55,581 nucleotides of DNA from a virus (lineage: Duplodnaviria; Caudoviricetes), in IMG/VR virus record IMGVR_UViG_3300032893_000059, positions 1 to 55,581 of that record; one strand, written 5' to 3'. The notes under the pieces were generated by a model. That model did not search any database. It was not told where the DNA came from and was given only the letters and a program-made list of their open reading frames with translations. Below, piece after piece: positions 17,980 through 26,547 of the stretch. Position 1 is the stretch's first letter. Each line of letters opens with the position of its first letter. A program made the position numbers and the translations under genes.

Positions 17980-18356
17980 GGGATCACCCCCAGGGCGCCG
18001 AGCGATTCCGGCGCGTTCTGCGAGTGGAGCAGTCCGTGCTCACGCAGCACGTCCAGCACAGCGGCTCGCGTGGTCTCTTTCAACGTCGTTTTCGCGAAGA
18101 GGATCCCCAACGAGTTCAGAGTTACGACGACCCCGAGGAGCACGCACGCGACGATCGCCCACCGACGGAGCACGCGCAGCGCCGGGCACCACTGTTGATG
18201 CCGCGACACGTACTCCTTAACCCACCCGACGGAGGCCGTCATCATGAACTCCTTCGCGAGTTGCCTCGGCGGCGGCGTCTCGTCGCGCGCCCTCCGCCCC
18301 GCGGAGTCGTCCTCGGGTATTGGGCTGATGATGCCGAACGGATTTTCATCGGACAT
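17976..18356 (-). CDS. Single-TM membrane protein (lysis region)
   Basis: WAIVACVLLGVVVTLNSLGILF; AAGGAG RBS. Confidence 0.6.
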   Translation of the reverse strand: MSDENPFGIISPIPEDDSAGRRARDETPPPRQLAKEFMMTASVGWVKEYVSRHQQWCPALRVLRRWAIVACVLLGVVVTLNSLGILFAKTTLKETTRAAVLDVLREHGLLHSQNAPESLGALGVIP

Positions 18357-18383
18357 GGTTGCTACTCCTTCATTGACTTCACG

Positions 18384-19931
18384 TTATCGGTACTCGACGA
18401 GCAACTTCTTCACAAGCATGTCCGAGGCCCCCGCTGTGTTGCCAGAGATCACTGACATCCACACGACGGGCACGTCGAGTGTGGTTTGGATGGCGCTACC
18501 CGAAAGTCGGCTGGCGTGCATCGCCGGTAGCAAGGTCAGGTAGCCGGGGAAGGACCCTCCTGACGAAGTGCCGTAGTACGCGTCGACGACGCCGGCAGAC
18601 ACGCGGAACATCATGACGTCGTAGTTCTGCGGGTTCGACGTCGTACCACCTCGGTAGGTCGTAACACCGGCCGTGTACGTCACGCTCGCGGATCCCGCGA
18701 AGCGGCCTCCGTTGTAGCCGAAGGCATTGGTGAACCTGTCGATGTTAGCGTACCCCCACGCTCCGCTGTTCCACCCTACGAAGGCCGCCTGCGCGTATTC
18801 ATAGTTGGCGTTCGGCGCGTGAGGTTGCGTGATCAGGAACCAGATCCGCAGCTCGGACCAGCCCGCGGTGTCCAGCACGCTGTTCAGGTTGTACGAGGAC
18901 GTGTAGAGCTGCCCGCCGGTCAGCGACGTATTGCCATTCAGAGAGTTGTTGGTGTTGCAGCGCAGGTACAAACCCGCGTGCGTGCCGTCGTTGATGTACG
19001 CCGTCTGCAAGTTGGCGGAATTGACCAGCGTCCAAGTCTTACCGTCGATCGTCTTGGTGCCGTCGCCGCCCGTAAGCAGGTTCAGCCCCGCTAGTCCGGT
19101 GTAGTCAACCGAGTACGCGGTGACGAAGGCGTTACTCTGCGCCGGCACAGACCACGCACCCGCACCGTTGAGGTACTTAGTTGAGTCGTTCGGCGCCGCG
19201 GGCGCGAACCCGTGGTGCCCCGTCGTCACGTTGCCCTTGGTGCTTGTGGACGTCGCAGTAGTCTCCGACCACAGGATGTACGAGGTCATGTCGGCCGTGG
19301 TTTGGTAGTCGGTCATTGACGACGTCGGCACGTCCCCCGATAGGTGCGTGACCGTGGCGTCCATCTTGGAGGTGAGCGTACCCGTCGTGAACGCAGTCGC
19401 CGACCCGTACGCCGACGTCGCAGCCCCGCTCGCGTCGAAGTCCCCCACCGCGTGCGTGGCGGCCGTGCCGAGCCCGTGCACGCTCGTTCCCGTCGATGTC
19501 GTGTGCGCGTCGAGGTTGTTCTGCACCGTGGTCGCGGCACCGGCGGGGTCGGCCCCGACCTGCGAGTAGGTCGGCGTCGACACCGCTGCGTCTTCCACGC
19601 CGCTCGTGACGTGACGCCAACCAGTTCCCGACGGGGTCGAGCCTCCCGCGGGCGTAGCCCAACTCCCGACGCCATTGAGATACTTTCCGGCGTCGTTGGG
19701 TAGGACTGGGCAGTATCCGTGCTTGCTCGTCGAGACGTCGCCGGTCGTGTTCGCCGTGAAAGTGACCTGCGTCTCGGGAATGACAATCTTGCTCGCGGGC
19801 TCGACGTGGCCCGTGTCGCAGTCGACGCGCGGAACACCGCAGATACCCGACGCTTCCGCCGGACGCGAAATTATCCCCGCGAAGAGCCCAGCCCAGAAGC
19901 AAGCGCAGACAAACACGATACCTTTTCTCAT
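18384..19931 (-). CDS. Fibre-like protein with internal repeats and a beta-rich C-terminal domain
   Basis: Two HG..P..PND..KYLNG.G.W..PA repeats; Thr/Gly-rich; hydrophobic N-terminus. Confidence 0.7.
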   Translation of the reverse strand: MRKGIVFVCACFWAGLFAGIISRPAEASGICGVPRVDCDTGHVEPASKIVIPETQVTFTANTTGDVSTSKHGYCPVLPNDAGKYLNGVGSWATPAGGSTPSGTGWRHVTSGVEDAAVSTPTYSQVGADPAGAATTVQNNLDAHTTSTGTSVHGLGTAATHAVGDFDASGAATSAYGSATAFTTGTLTSKMDATVTHLSGDVPTSSMTDYQTTADMTSYILWSETTATSTSTKGNVTTGHHGFAPAAPNDSTKYLNGAGAWSVPAQSNAFVTAYSVDYTGLAGLNLLTGGDGTKTIDGKTWTLVNSANLQTAYINDGTHAGLYLRCNTNNSLNGNTSLTGGQLYTSSYNLNSVLDTAGWSELRIWFLITQPHAPNANYEYAQAAFVGWNSGAWGYANIDRFTNAFGYNGGRFAGSASVTYTAGVTTYRGGTTSNPQNYDVMMFRVSAGVVDAYYGTSSGGSFPGYLTLLPAMHASRLSGSAIQTTLDVPVVWMSVISGNTAGASDMLVKKLLVEYR

Positions 19932-21256
19932 GTGAAAGACCCTCCTGTGACTTTCCAGAACGGCGCGGCGCCGTCTTTGCGAAGCTGAAGTTCGACGACG
20001 TCGTCCGCTTGGGCGTGGATGTCTTGCGGGTTGGTGTCACCCATCCGCGGCGTCTTGATTGCGGCACCGGATGACGGTGTCCCCATCGCCGTGATAACCG
20101 TCGCGTACTTGAAGGTCACCCTCACGCGCTCACCGCCGACCAGACCGGCGGTTTCAACCCCTGCGAGTGTGGCTCCGCTGCTCGTGCACATGAGGTTGCG
20201 AGCGCGCCCGAACCCCGCGATCACGCCGTCGTCGATCGCTACATTCGTGTACGGCTCGTCGCCCCCGCCGGTGCCCGACGCTTCCGACTGCACAGTAGGC
20301 GACTGGATCAGCGGTACGACCTCAACCCGAATCTTCTTGAGTAGAATGTCCTGCGCACCCGCGCCGGCCGACTGCAGCCCGCACCACGCCCAGTGGGCTT
20401 GGCTGCCGGGGGTGATAAAGAAGCTTCCGTCGGGGGTGATTTCCACAGAGATCTTCGGCGCTGCTAGCGTCACGCGATCCGGGAAGTCGCTGTTCACCGA
20501 AGCGCCTCGCCAAATCGTCCACGATGGGTGGCGCCATCGTACGCAGGCCACGTCGTTGTGATTCCCGGCAGCCTCGCCCCAGGAATCCGCGCTGCCGCAC
20601 TGGCTATGTACAATACCCGCGCGAAGCCCGTCCGTAGTGGTGTACACATCCTCCAACGTCAAGCGCAGCATGTGCGCGGCGGTGTAGGCCCCGGTCAGCG
20701 TGAAGAACCCGACGCCCGCCCCTTCGCCGTTCGCATCCGGCGTGTGTGGTACCTCGAACATCATCCAAACCCACGTTTCGAGCGCTACGCCCGGGGAAAC
20801 ATAGTTGAGCGGCGCCCACGATCCGAGCGCAGTGAGAGAGGTGTAGATCGCACCTCCTGTGAGAAGCCCGCCCGAGTTCACCCCAACGTTGCCGTTCGCG
20901 CGCAGATACAAACCCGAATGCGTTCCGTCGTTGATGTACGCCGTCTGTAGGTTCGCACTGTTTACCAGGTACCACTGGCACCCATCGATGACCTTCACAC
21001 CGTCGCCGCCCGTGAGAAGGTTCTGAGCCGGCAGAGTCGAGAAATCCATCTCTGCGGTCGTGTAGAAGGTGTTCCCCACCGCACCTGCCCGGCACGCCTC
21101 GAGCAGCTCAGTCAACTCCCTCTGCAGCTCGTTCTTGCGGTCCCGGCTCAGGTCTTTGTACCGCGAACCCCACTCGTACCAGAACGCCTCCGAGACCTTT
21201 CGCATGGCTTCGGTCACTTCTTTGGCGATGGGTATACCGACCGGGGTGTAGGTCAT
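19928..21256 (-). CDS. Structural/receptor-binding-like protein sharing a domain with 18384-19931
   Basis: NLLTGGDG.K.IDG..W.LVNSANLQTAYINDGTH.GLYLR is present in both proteins. Confidence 0.65.
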   Translation of the reverse strand: MTYTPVGIPIAKEVTEAMRKVSEAFWYEWGSRYKDLSRDRKNELQRELTELLEACRAGAVGNTFYTTAEMDFSTLPAQNLLTGGDGVKVIDGCQWYLVNSANLQTAYINDGTHSGLYLRANGNVGVNSGGLLTGGAIYTSLTALGSWAPLNYVSPGVALETWVWMMFEVPHTPDANGEGAGVGFFTLTGAYTAAHMLRLTLEDVYTTTDGLRAGIVHSQCGSADSWGEAAGNHNDVACVRWRHPSWTIWRGASVNSDFPDRVTLAAPKISVEITPDGSFFITPGSQAHWAWCGLQSAGAGAQDILLKKIRVEVVPLIQSPTVQSEASGTGGGDEPYTNVAIDDGVIAGFGRARNLMCTSSGATLAGVETAGLVGGERVRVTFKYATVITAMGTPSSGAAIKTPRMGDTNPQDIHAQADDVVELQLRKDGAAPFWKVTGGSFT

Positions 21257-21813
21257 TCGCCCCTCAGCTTCGACGAGAGGTATCCCCTGGCTGCCGTGGC
21301 CCCGCTGATGAACTTCTGGAGCGCCTCCGACGCCAGCTGCACTCCCGGCTCCAGGGGCCCAAGTGGTCCGCTCGTGCAAGCGGCAGCCATCGCTGCGAAC
21401 GCTTCCAGCAGCTCGGACAGCATCGTGTCTTCAGCGTCGCGGTAGCTCGTGCCGAGCACGAAAGCCTCGGCAGCATCTCGGCTGCCCAACTTGATGAGGT
21501 CCGCGACAAGTGAGACCTTCAGGACGCGAACGTCTCGGTTCCACAGCGCCGCAAACGGCTTGTCCGGCCGCCCGTTGTCCCACCCCACCAGCAGATACGA
21601 CCCGATAGCCACTTGGACCCGCAGGCCCGGTATCCCGTGGCGCAGGGGAATCTTGGCCATGTCGGGCAGCCGTGGATCGTCGGGCCGCACGTCAACCTCG
21701 TCGGAATCGTCCTCTTGGTGCACCACCTTGGCGCGGTAGGTGCGGGCGTACAGACCCATGGGATCCTGGGAGTTTTGGACATCAGTCCACGCGGATTGGG
21801 AGCGATCGCTCAT
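21253..21813 (-). CDS. Baseplate spike/assembly protein (gpV-like)
   Basis: YRAKVV...VDVRPDD...IPLRHGIPG...LVGWDNGRPDKP OB-like fold; synteny. Confidence 0.7.
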   Translation of the reverse strand: MSDRSQSAWTDVQNSQDPMGLYARTYRAKVVHQEDDSDEVDVRPDDPRLPDMAKIPLRHGIPGLRVQVAIGSYLLVGWDNGRPDKPFAALWNRDVRVLKVSLVADLIKLGSRDAAEAFVLGTSYRDAEDTMLSELLEAFAAMAAACTSGPLGPLEPGVQLASEALQKFISGATAARGYLSSKLRGE

Positions 21814-22340
21814 GCTACCAACCTCAAGTGGGTCCAACTCTTGCCACGCAGGACGTCGCTAACAGACGATTGATTCACTCCACATGCGCAGGCGATCCGC
21901 GTTTGCGACAACCCTTGGGCGCGCAGTGCGAAGATGCGATTAACCTTTCCCTCCGTAAGTCTGGAGTTCGGGTGTTTCTCGCCGCGGACCAGGCACTCGG
22001 GATGCCTGCGCGATCCGTGGGCATCGCCACGCGAGATGCCCGCCACCTGCCTGCCCTTTGCAACCATGTCGGCGTTGTTATCGGCCTGCGTTCCCAGGAA
22101 CAGATGTTCCCCGTTCACGCAAGGCGGATTGTCGCAGCGGTGGAGGACACACAGCCCGTCGGGTACCGCCCCGTGCTCAAGGCACCACGCCACTCGATGT
22201 GCCAGCGCCGACACTCCGGAAACTCTAAATCTGCCATACCCATTCTTGTCGCGACTGGCGGTCCACTCTCGACAGGGCGTAGCCATTCCCGGCCGACAGC
22301 TGGCAGCCATCTTCGTCTTCGCAAAGAACCGCTGTCGCAT
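21810..22340 (-). CDS. HNH homing endonuclease with C-terminal HTH
   Basis: AHRVAW...VLHRCDNPPCVNGEHLFLGTQADNNAD. Confidence 0.92.
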   Translation of the reverse strand: MRQRFFAKTKMAASCRPGMATPCREWTASRDKNGYGRFRVSGVSALAHRVAWCLEHGAVPDGLCVLHRCDNPPCVNGEHLFLGTQADNNADMVAKGRQVAGISRGDAHGSRRHPECLVRGEKHPNSRLTEGKVNRIFALRAQGLSQTRIACACGVNQSSVSDVLRGKSWTHLRLVA

Positions 22341-23002
22341 CAGACGACCTCCCCGAAGAGCAGATTGGTTCGGTCGGCGTCGAGGTCGTGGCGCACGTAA
22401 TCGACCCGGCGGCCCGCCAGCAGTGTGCCGGGCCAGATCTGGGGAATGTCGGTGCCGACGATGCTCGCCCCGTTGGCACCGTCCGCTTCAATCGAGCGCG
22501 CGTCGACGCCCGAGTCCGGCCACGCCTCGGTGCCGATCCAAACCGTGCCGTCGGCCAGGACGCGCCAGTTGGTGTCGTCGCCAATGACCTCGCACAGAGC
22601 CGCAAGCATCGAGCCCATGGGCACCGCCAGCGTGGTCCAGGCTTCGAGGCTGGTGTCCAGCGCGTCCTGCCCGGCCGTGGTGGACAGTGTCTCTCCAGCG
22701 TCGCGCAGGAGGTCCACGAGCACATGGCGGGCCAGGGGGGCGTGATAGTGCTTGGGCCGGGCCGTGTCGCCGAGCCCACCAGCGCCGCCAACGATGCGAG
22801 CCTCGGTCATACCGCCGATCAGCTCGGCCTTGACCACCGCGGCTGGCATCTCGACGGCACCAAGCTGCAGCGTCACCTGATCGGGCAGCTCGTCGCGTTC
22901 GTCGACCCGCAGATCCGCCAGCCACACGCCCGTGCGAGGCAACAGCACCTGGCCACCGGTGACGTTGCGCTTCCGGCCGCCGGCGAGTTGGAGCGTCACC
23001 AT
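22340..23002 (-). CDS. Baseplate hub-like protein
   Basis: LPRTGVWLADL...WRVLADGTVWIG; synteny; real start probably ATG 23002. Confidence 0.65.
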   Translation of the reverse strand: MVTLQLAGGRKRNVTGGQVLLPRTGVWLADLRVDERDELPDQVTLQLGAVEMPAAVVKAELIGGMTEARIVGGAGGLGDTARPKHYHAPLARHVLVDLLRDAGETLSTTAGQDALDTSLEAWTTLAVPMGSMLAALCEVIGDDTNWRVLADGTVWIGTEAWPDSGVDARSIEADGANGASIVGTDIPQIWPGTLLAGRRVDYVRHDLDADRTNLLFGEVV

Positions 23003-23820
23003 TACCCGCCCGCCTTTCCGGGTTCGAGCGCGGCAGCCCGCGTGCTTGGGGGCTTGGGGGCCCGGGCGTCCTTCGCCTTGATCTCGCGGTCGAAAGCGTT
23101 CTCTCCTCGGCTGCTGGTCTGCCCTTTGACCTTGCGGATCGCCGAGGGCTTCTTGGCCGGCTCGGGTACGTACTCGACGCAGTCGATGGTCATCTGGCGC
23201 ACGCCCGGAATCGAGTGAGGAACCAGCGGCGTGATTTGGCGGATCACCAGCGCGAAGATGCCGAGAACGTTGAGCGCCGGGGTCAGCACTGGCAGCGACT
23301 GCTGCTCGACGACGATCTCGCCCTCGTCCTTCTCGACGGCTGAAATGCGGCCCTTCTTGCCGAGCTGGACATCCTGCGCGGCGATCTTGTTTGGCCGCCG
23401 CCAGATCGCGGGGATGATCTCCTTCAGCAGTCCGAACTGCTTCGCGGTCCACAGCAATCCCGTGAGGGTGATGCTGGCGGGCAGGTACCCGCGAGTGATT
23501 ACCGCGGCGCCGTCAAAACCGATCGGTTTCTGCACGTCGAGGCGCAGCCCTGGCGTGCCGCTGGCGGTCCAGATGCCAGGCAGCTGATATTGGCCGAGCT
23601 GCACGCGGTCCCAGGCGTTGTCGCCGTACACTGGAGAGCCCTCGGGATCCAATGGCTGGCCGTCATCGCGGTACGCTTCCAGGTCCCAGAATGGCTCGGA
23701 GAATTCGCCCGACGTGGCGGTCACGTCGTCGGTCAGACCCTGCAGGTCGACCGGATCGCCCGTGCCGACGGTGTTCTGATGGCTGGCGCTCATCAGCGTT
23801 TCCAGTCGGTTAGCCGCCAC
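23002..23820 (-). CDS. Tail tube initiator-like protein
   Basis: WDRVQLG..QLPG...DVQKP.G.DGA; directly follows the tape measure gene. Confidence 0.6.
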   Translation of the reverse strand: MAANRLETLMSASHQNTVGTGDPVDLQGLTDDVTATSGEFSEPFWDLEAYRDDGQPLDPEGSPVYGDNAWDRVQLGQYQLPGIWTASGTPGLRLDVQKPIGFDGAAVITRGYLPASITLTGLLWTAKQFGLLKEIIPAIWRRPNKIAAQDVQLGKKGRISAVEKDEGEIVVEQQSLPVLTPALNVLGIFALVIRQITPLVPHSIPGVRQMTIDCVEYVPEPAKKPSAIRKVKGQTSSRGENAFDREIKAKDARAPKPPSTRAAALEPGKAGG

Positions 23821-25382
23821 TACCGTGTCCTCCGCGCTTTGCGGGTTCCGGCGTGTAATGCTTGCTGCTCGAGCGCCGTCGTCATGCCGGCGTGCACGCC
23901 TGCCTTCGCCGCGTGCTTGATGGACTCGGGACTGGCCGCAGCGGAGCCGCTCACGTTGACCACGACATCGGCCTTGCCGCTGATGCGTGGCGCTCCTCCC
24001 CCTGCGTCCGCCGCTTGCGCAGCCGCGAACCGGCCCTCGACGCCGGACCAAGCCGCCTCATTTCGCGCTCGCAGGGCGGGCGGCATGCGCTTACGCTTGC
24101 GCTCCGCCGCCAGCTCATCCTCAACCTCGCGCCAGGCCTGTTCATTCGTGTCGGCAAATCGCGCCTGCTCGCGCGCCTGGTGCGCCGTAGCCTCCTGATG
24201 GAGTTGGCTTCCCTTGCCGAAAAATTCAGCGTCCCCGCCGCCGAGTTCGGGGTGAAGTTTCCGCGCCAGATAATCGCCGATGTCAGAGCCGAACGTCGGC
24301 AGTGCCGCCAGCCCAGCGGCCAGCTTCTCAACCCATCCGACCACCTTGGACAGCGGATCGATCCATTTGCCGATCGAAGTCGCAACGCTGCCGACCTCAA
24401 GGGCGACCTCACCCCAGTTGGTGTCCTCCAGGAAGTCCCCGACCGCCACCATGAGACGGTCCAGTCCCTCGACCATCTTGGCGCCCTTGGGTCCGTTCGG
24501 GTCGAAGGCCTCCAGGGCACGATCGAAGGCCCTCTCGATCTTGTCCATGGCCGGCGACTCGGCCACGGCCTTCATGATCTTGTCGGGAAGCTCTTTCAGG
24601 TGGGTCAGCTTTGCGTCTAGGCCCTTGCCCGCCTTCAGGCCAGCTTCACCCAACCGGCGGCCGGTCTTGCGCTCGAGCGCCTCCAGCACCGTCTCATAGG
24701 CGCGAGCGGCGGGGATGCTGCCCTCCATCAGTCCCTTCTTGACCGCCTTCTCGGACATGCCGAGGGCGTCGCCGAGGTCCTTGACCACGTCCTTCACGTT
24801 CAGGCGAAGGCCCCTCAGCGTGCGGGCGTCGATCTTTTCCGTGAGCTGCATGCGGGTCAGGGAGGCGATAGCCTCTTGCGCACCCTCGATCTTGTTGGGC
24901 GCCATCGATGCGGCATCGGCAACGGCGGCCATGGCATCCTTCCACTTCTGGCCCGAGTAGCCGGAGTTGAGTAGCTCGATGCCCCAAGCCTTGGTATTCT
25001 TCTCACCGAACTCGCTCAGATCGCTGAAGCGCTCCATGTAGTGCAGCGCCTTCTCTGCTTCTTCAGTACCGCCCAGCAGGTTGGTGAGCGCCATCTTTTC
25101 CCGGCGTTCTTCGCCCGCTACGGCGACCGTGTCCTTGATCAGCTCGCCGACTTTCTTGACCCCATCCCAAGCCATTTCGGCGCCCTTTTCGAGCGCCTTC
25201 ATCGCGAACTCGGCTTTGAACACGTCCTGGGTCAGTCCGCGCGCGTGGCCGCCCATGTCCTGCAGATGGCGGTCGGCGCGCCCGGCGGCATCCTCCACGC
25301 GCGAGAGGGCGGTGTCAGCCGCCGCCGCGCCACCGGTGCGGCTATCCAGGTCGATGAGGAATTTCACGCCGTCACCACCCAC
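23820..25382 (-). CDS. Tape measure protein (short, 520 aa)
   Basis: Helical Ala-rich protein with tape-measure-like central domain; follows the chaperone genes. Confidence 0.8.
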   Translation of the reverse strand: MGGDGVKFLIDLDSRTGGAAAADTALSRVEDAAGRADRHLQDMGGHARGLTQDVFKAEFAMKALEKGAEMAWDGVKKVGELIKDTVAVAGEERREKMALTNLLGGTEEAEKALHYMERFSDLSEFGEKNTKAWGIELLNSGYSGQKWKDAMAAVADAASMAPNKIEGAQEAIASLTRMQLTEKIDARTLRGLRLNVKDVVKDLGDALGMSEKAVKKGLMEGSIPAARAYETVLEALERKTGRRLGEAGLKAGKGLDAKLTHLKELPDKIMKAVAESPAMDKIERAFDRALEAFDPNGPKGAKMVEGLDRLMVAVGDFLEDTNWGEVALEVGSVATSIGKWIDPLSKVVGWVEKLAAGLAALPTFGSDIGDYLARKLHPELGGGDAEFFGKGSQLHQEATAHQAREQARFADTNEQAWREVEDELAAERKRKRMPPALRARNEAAWSGVEGRFAAAQAADAGGGAPRISGKADVVVNVSGSAAASPESIKHAAKAGVHAGMTTALEQQALHAGTRKARRTR

Positions 25383-25385
25383 GGT

Positions 25386-25592
25386 CTACCCCTTCCTCCC
25401 AAGCGACTTGGCGTAGCTGACCGCGAAGCGCGCACAGACGTCGAGATTGGCCAGGGCCTCGGCCAGTACCAAAGCCCCAGCCTCCGCGGCGGGCGAGTCC
25501 TCGCCGTCCTTCCAGGCGGTGAGGCATTCGGCCATCTCCTGCAGCCTTTCGCGCGACCGCCGGAACTGCGCTACCGCCGCTCGACTTTTTTT
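25386..25592 (-). CDS. -1 frameshift extension of the tail assembly chaperone (gpGT-like)
   Basis: Open -1 frame from the slippery A7G site up to the tape measure start. Confidence 0.7.
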   Translation of the reverse strand, partial: KKSRAAVAQFRRSRERLQEMAECLTAWKDGEDSPAAEAGALVLAEALANLDVCARFAVSYAKSLGRKG

Positions 25593-25966
25593 GCTTTGAG
25601 GAGTCCTGCGTATTCGACCAGCTCGCCGCCGCACAGCTCGACGAGACCCGGGCGCTCGGCAATGAGTCGCAGAAACTCCGCGCGAGCGGGGAAGATGCAG
25701 CAGGGGATGACGATGCTCTGCAGAGCCCGCGCCTTGACCTGCGGGTTGGGGTCGAGAGCCTCGGACCGGTAACGGTGCCACTCGGGATCGGTTGGCCCAC
25801 GAAACGCCATGGTCGGGCCCGGCTTGTCGTCGTCGTCCGGGTCAGGCACGGTGATTCGCAGAGGCTTGCGCGTGAGGCCCGCCGCGACCTTGGCGGCCTC
25901 GATGGCCTGATCCTCTGCTGCGCGGCGAGCTTCTTCATCGTTCGGTTGCGGGGTCGGGTTGTCCAT
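25571..25966 (-). CDS. Tail assembly chaperone (gpG-like)
   Basis: Between tube and tape measure genes; GCA AAA AAA G near the 3' end. Confidence 0.75.
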   Translation of the reverse strand: MDNPTPQPNDEEARRAAEDQAIEAAKVAAGLTRKPLRITVPDPDDDDKPGPTMAFRGPTDPEWHRYRSEALDPNPQVKARALQSIVIPCCIFPARAEFLRLIAERPGLVELCGGELVEYAGLLKAKKVERR

Positions 25967-25998
25967 GGGCTACCTCTCCATGTGGTTGCGACCGCCGG

Positions 25999-26535
25999 CT
26001 AGAACGCCGCGGTCGAAATAACGCCGTCGACCGGCGAAAGCTGCATGTAGCCAGGCGCCCCCTGGCCCTTGCCCCAGACGACCCTCATGATGTCCAGCTC
26101 AAGGGGGATGGTCACCGCGTCGGTGCCCTCCTGGCCTCCGCCCTCCGGACTGTGCACGCGGGTGCCGAGCAGGATGTCCTGCACGGTCAGCGCGGGGTTG
26201 CTGGGCTCGCCGTAGGAGACGAAGATGGGCAGGGAGATTTCGGCAAAGCCTGCCTTCTGCGGCCCACCGCCAAGCGCGACGATCTCGGCCATGATCTGAT
26301 CCCAGGCCGAGCGGTAGACCTCCCAGGTCCCGGTGGGGTCCGACTGGCCTCGGGTGCGGATGATCTTGTGCGGCGACGTGCCCCAGCCCTTCCCGATTTG
26401 GAGCGGGTCTCGGTACTTGAGCGACTTGGTCGCGACGACTTTCTTGATGCCGCCGATCGAGATCTCGACCGACGACCAGGAATGAGCCCAGCCCTCATCG
26501 TCGGGGTAGGCCAGGACTTGCTCATACGTCGGCAT
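25999..26535 (-). CDS. Tail tube protein
   Basis: HSWSSVEI...LKY...G....RTRG; follows the sheath gene. Confidence 0.8.
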   Translation of the reverse strand: MPTYEQVLAYPDDEGWAHSWSSVEISIGGIKKVVATKSLKYRDPLQIGKGWGTSPHKIIRTRGQSDPTGTWEVYRSAWDQIMAEIVALGGGPQKAGFAEISLPIFVSYGEPSNPALTVQDILLGTRVHSPEGGGQEGTDAVTIPLELDIMRVVWGKGQGAPGYMQLSPVDGVISTAAF

Positions 26536-26547
26536 GGGTGCGCTCCT

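Noticed and set aside
18961-21023. Paralogous repeat as a DGR template/variable pair
   Set aside because: No reverse transcriptase is present, both copies are coding, and the differences are largely synonymous rather than adenine-specific
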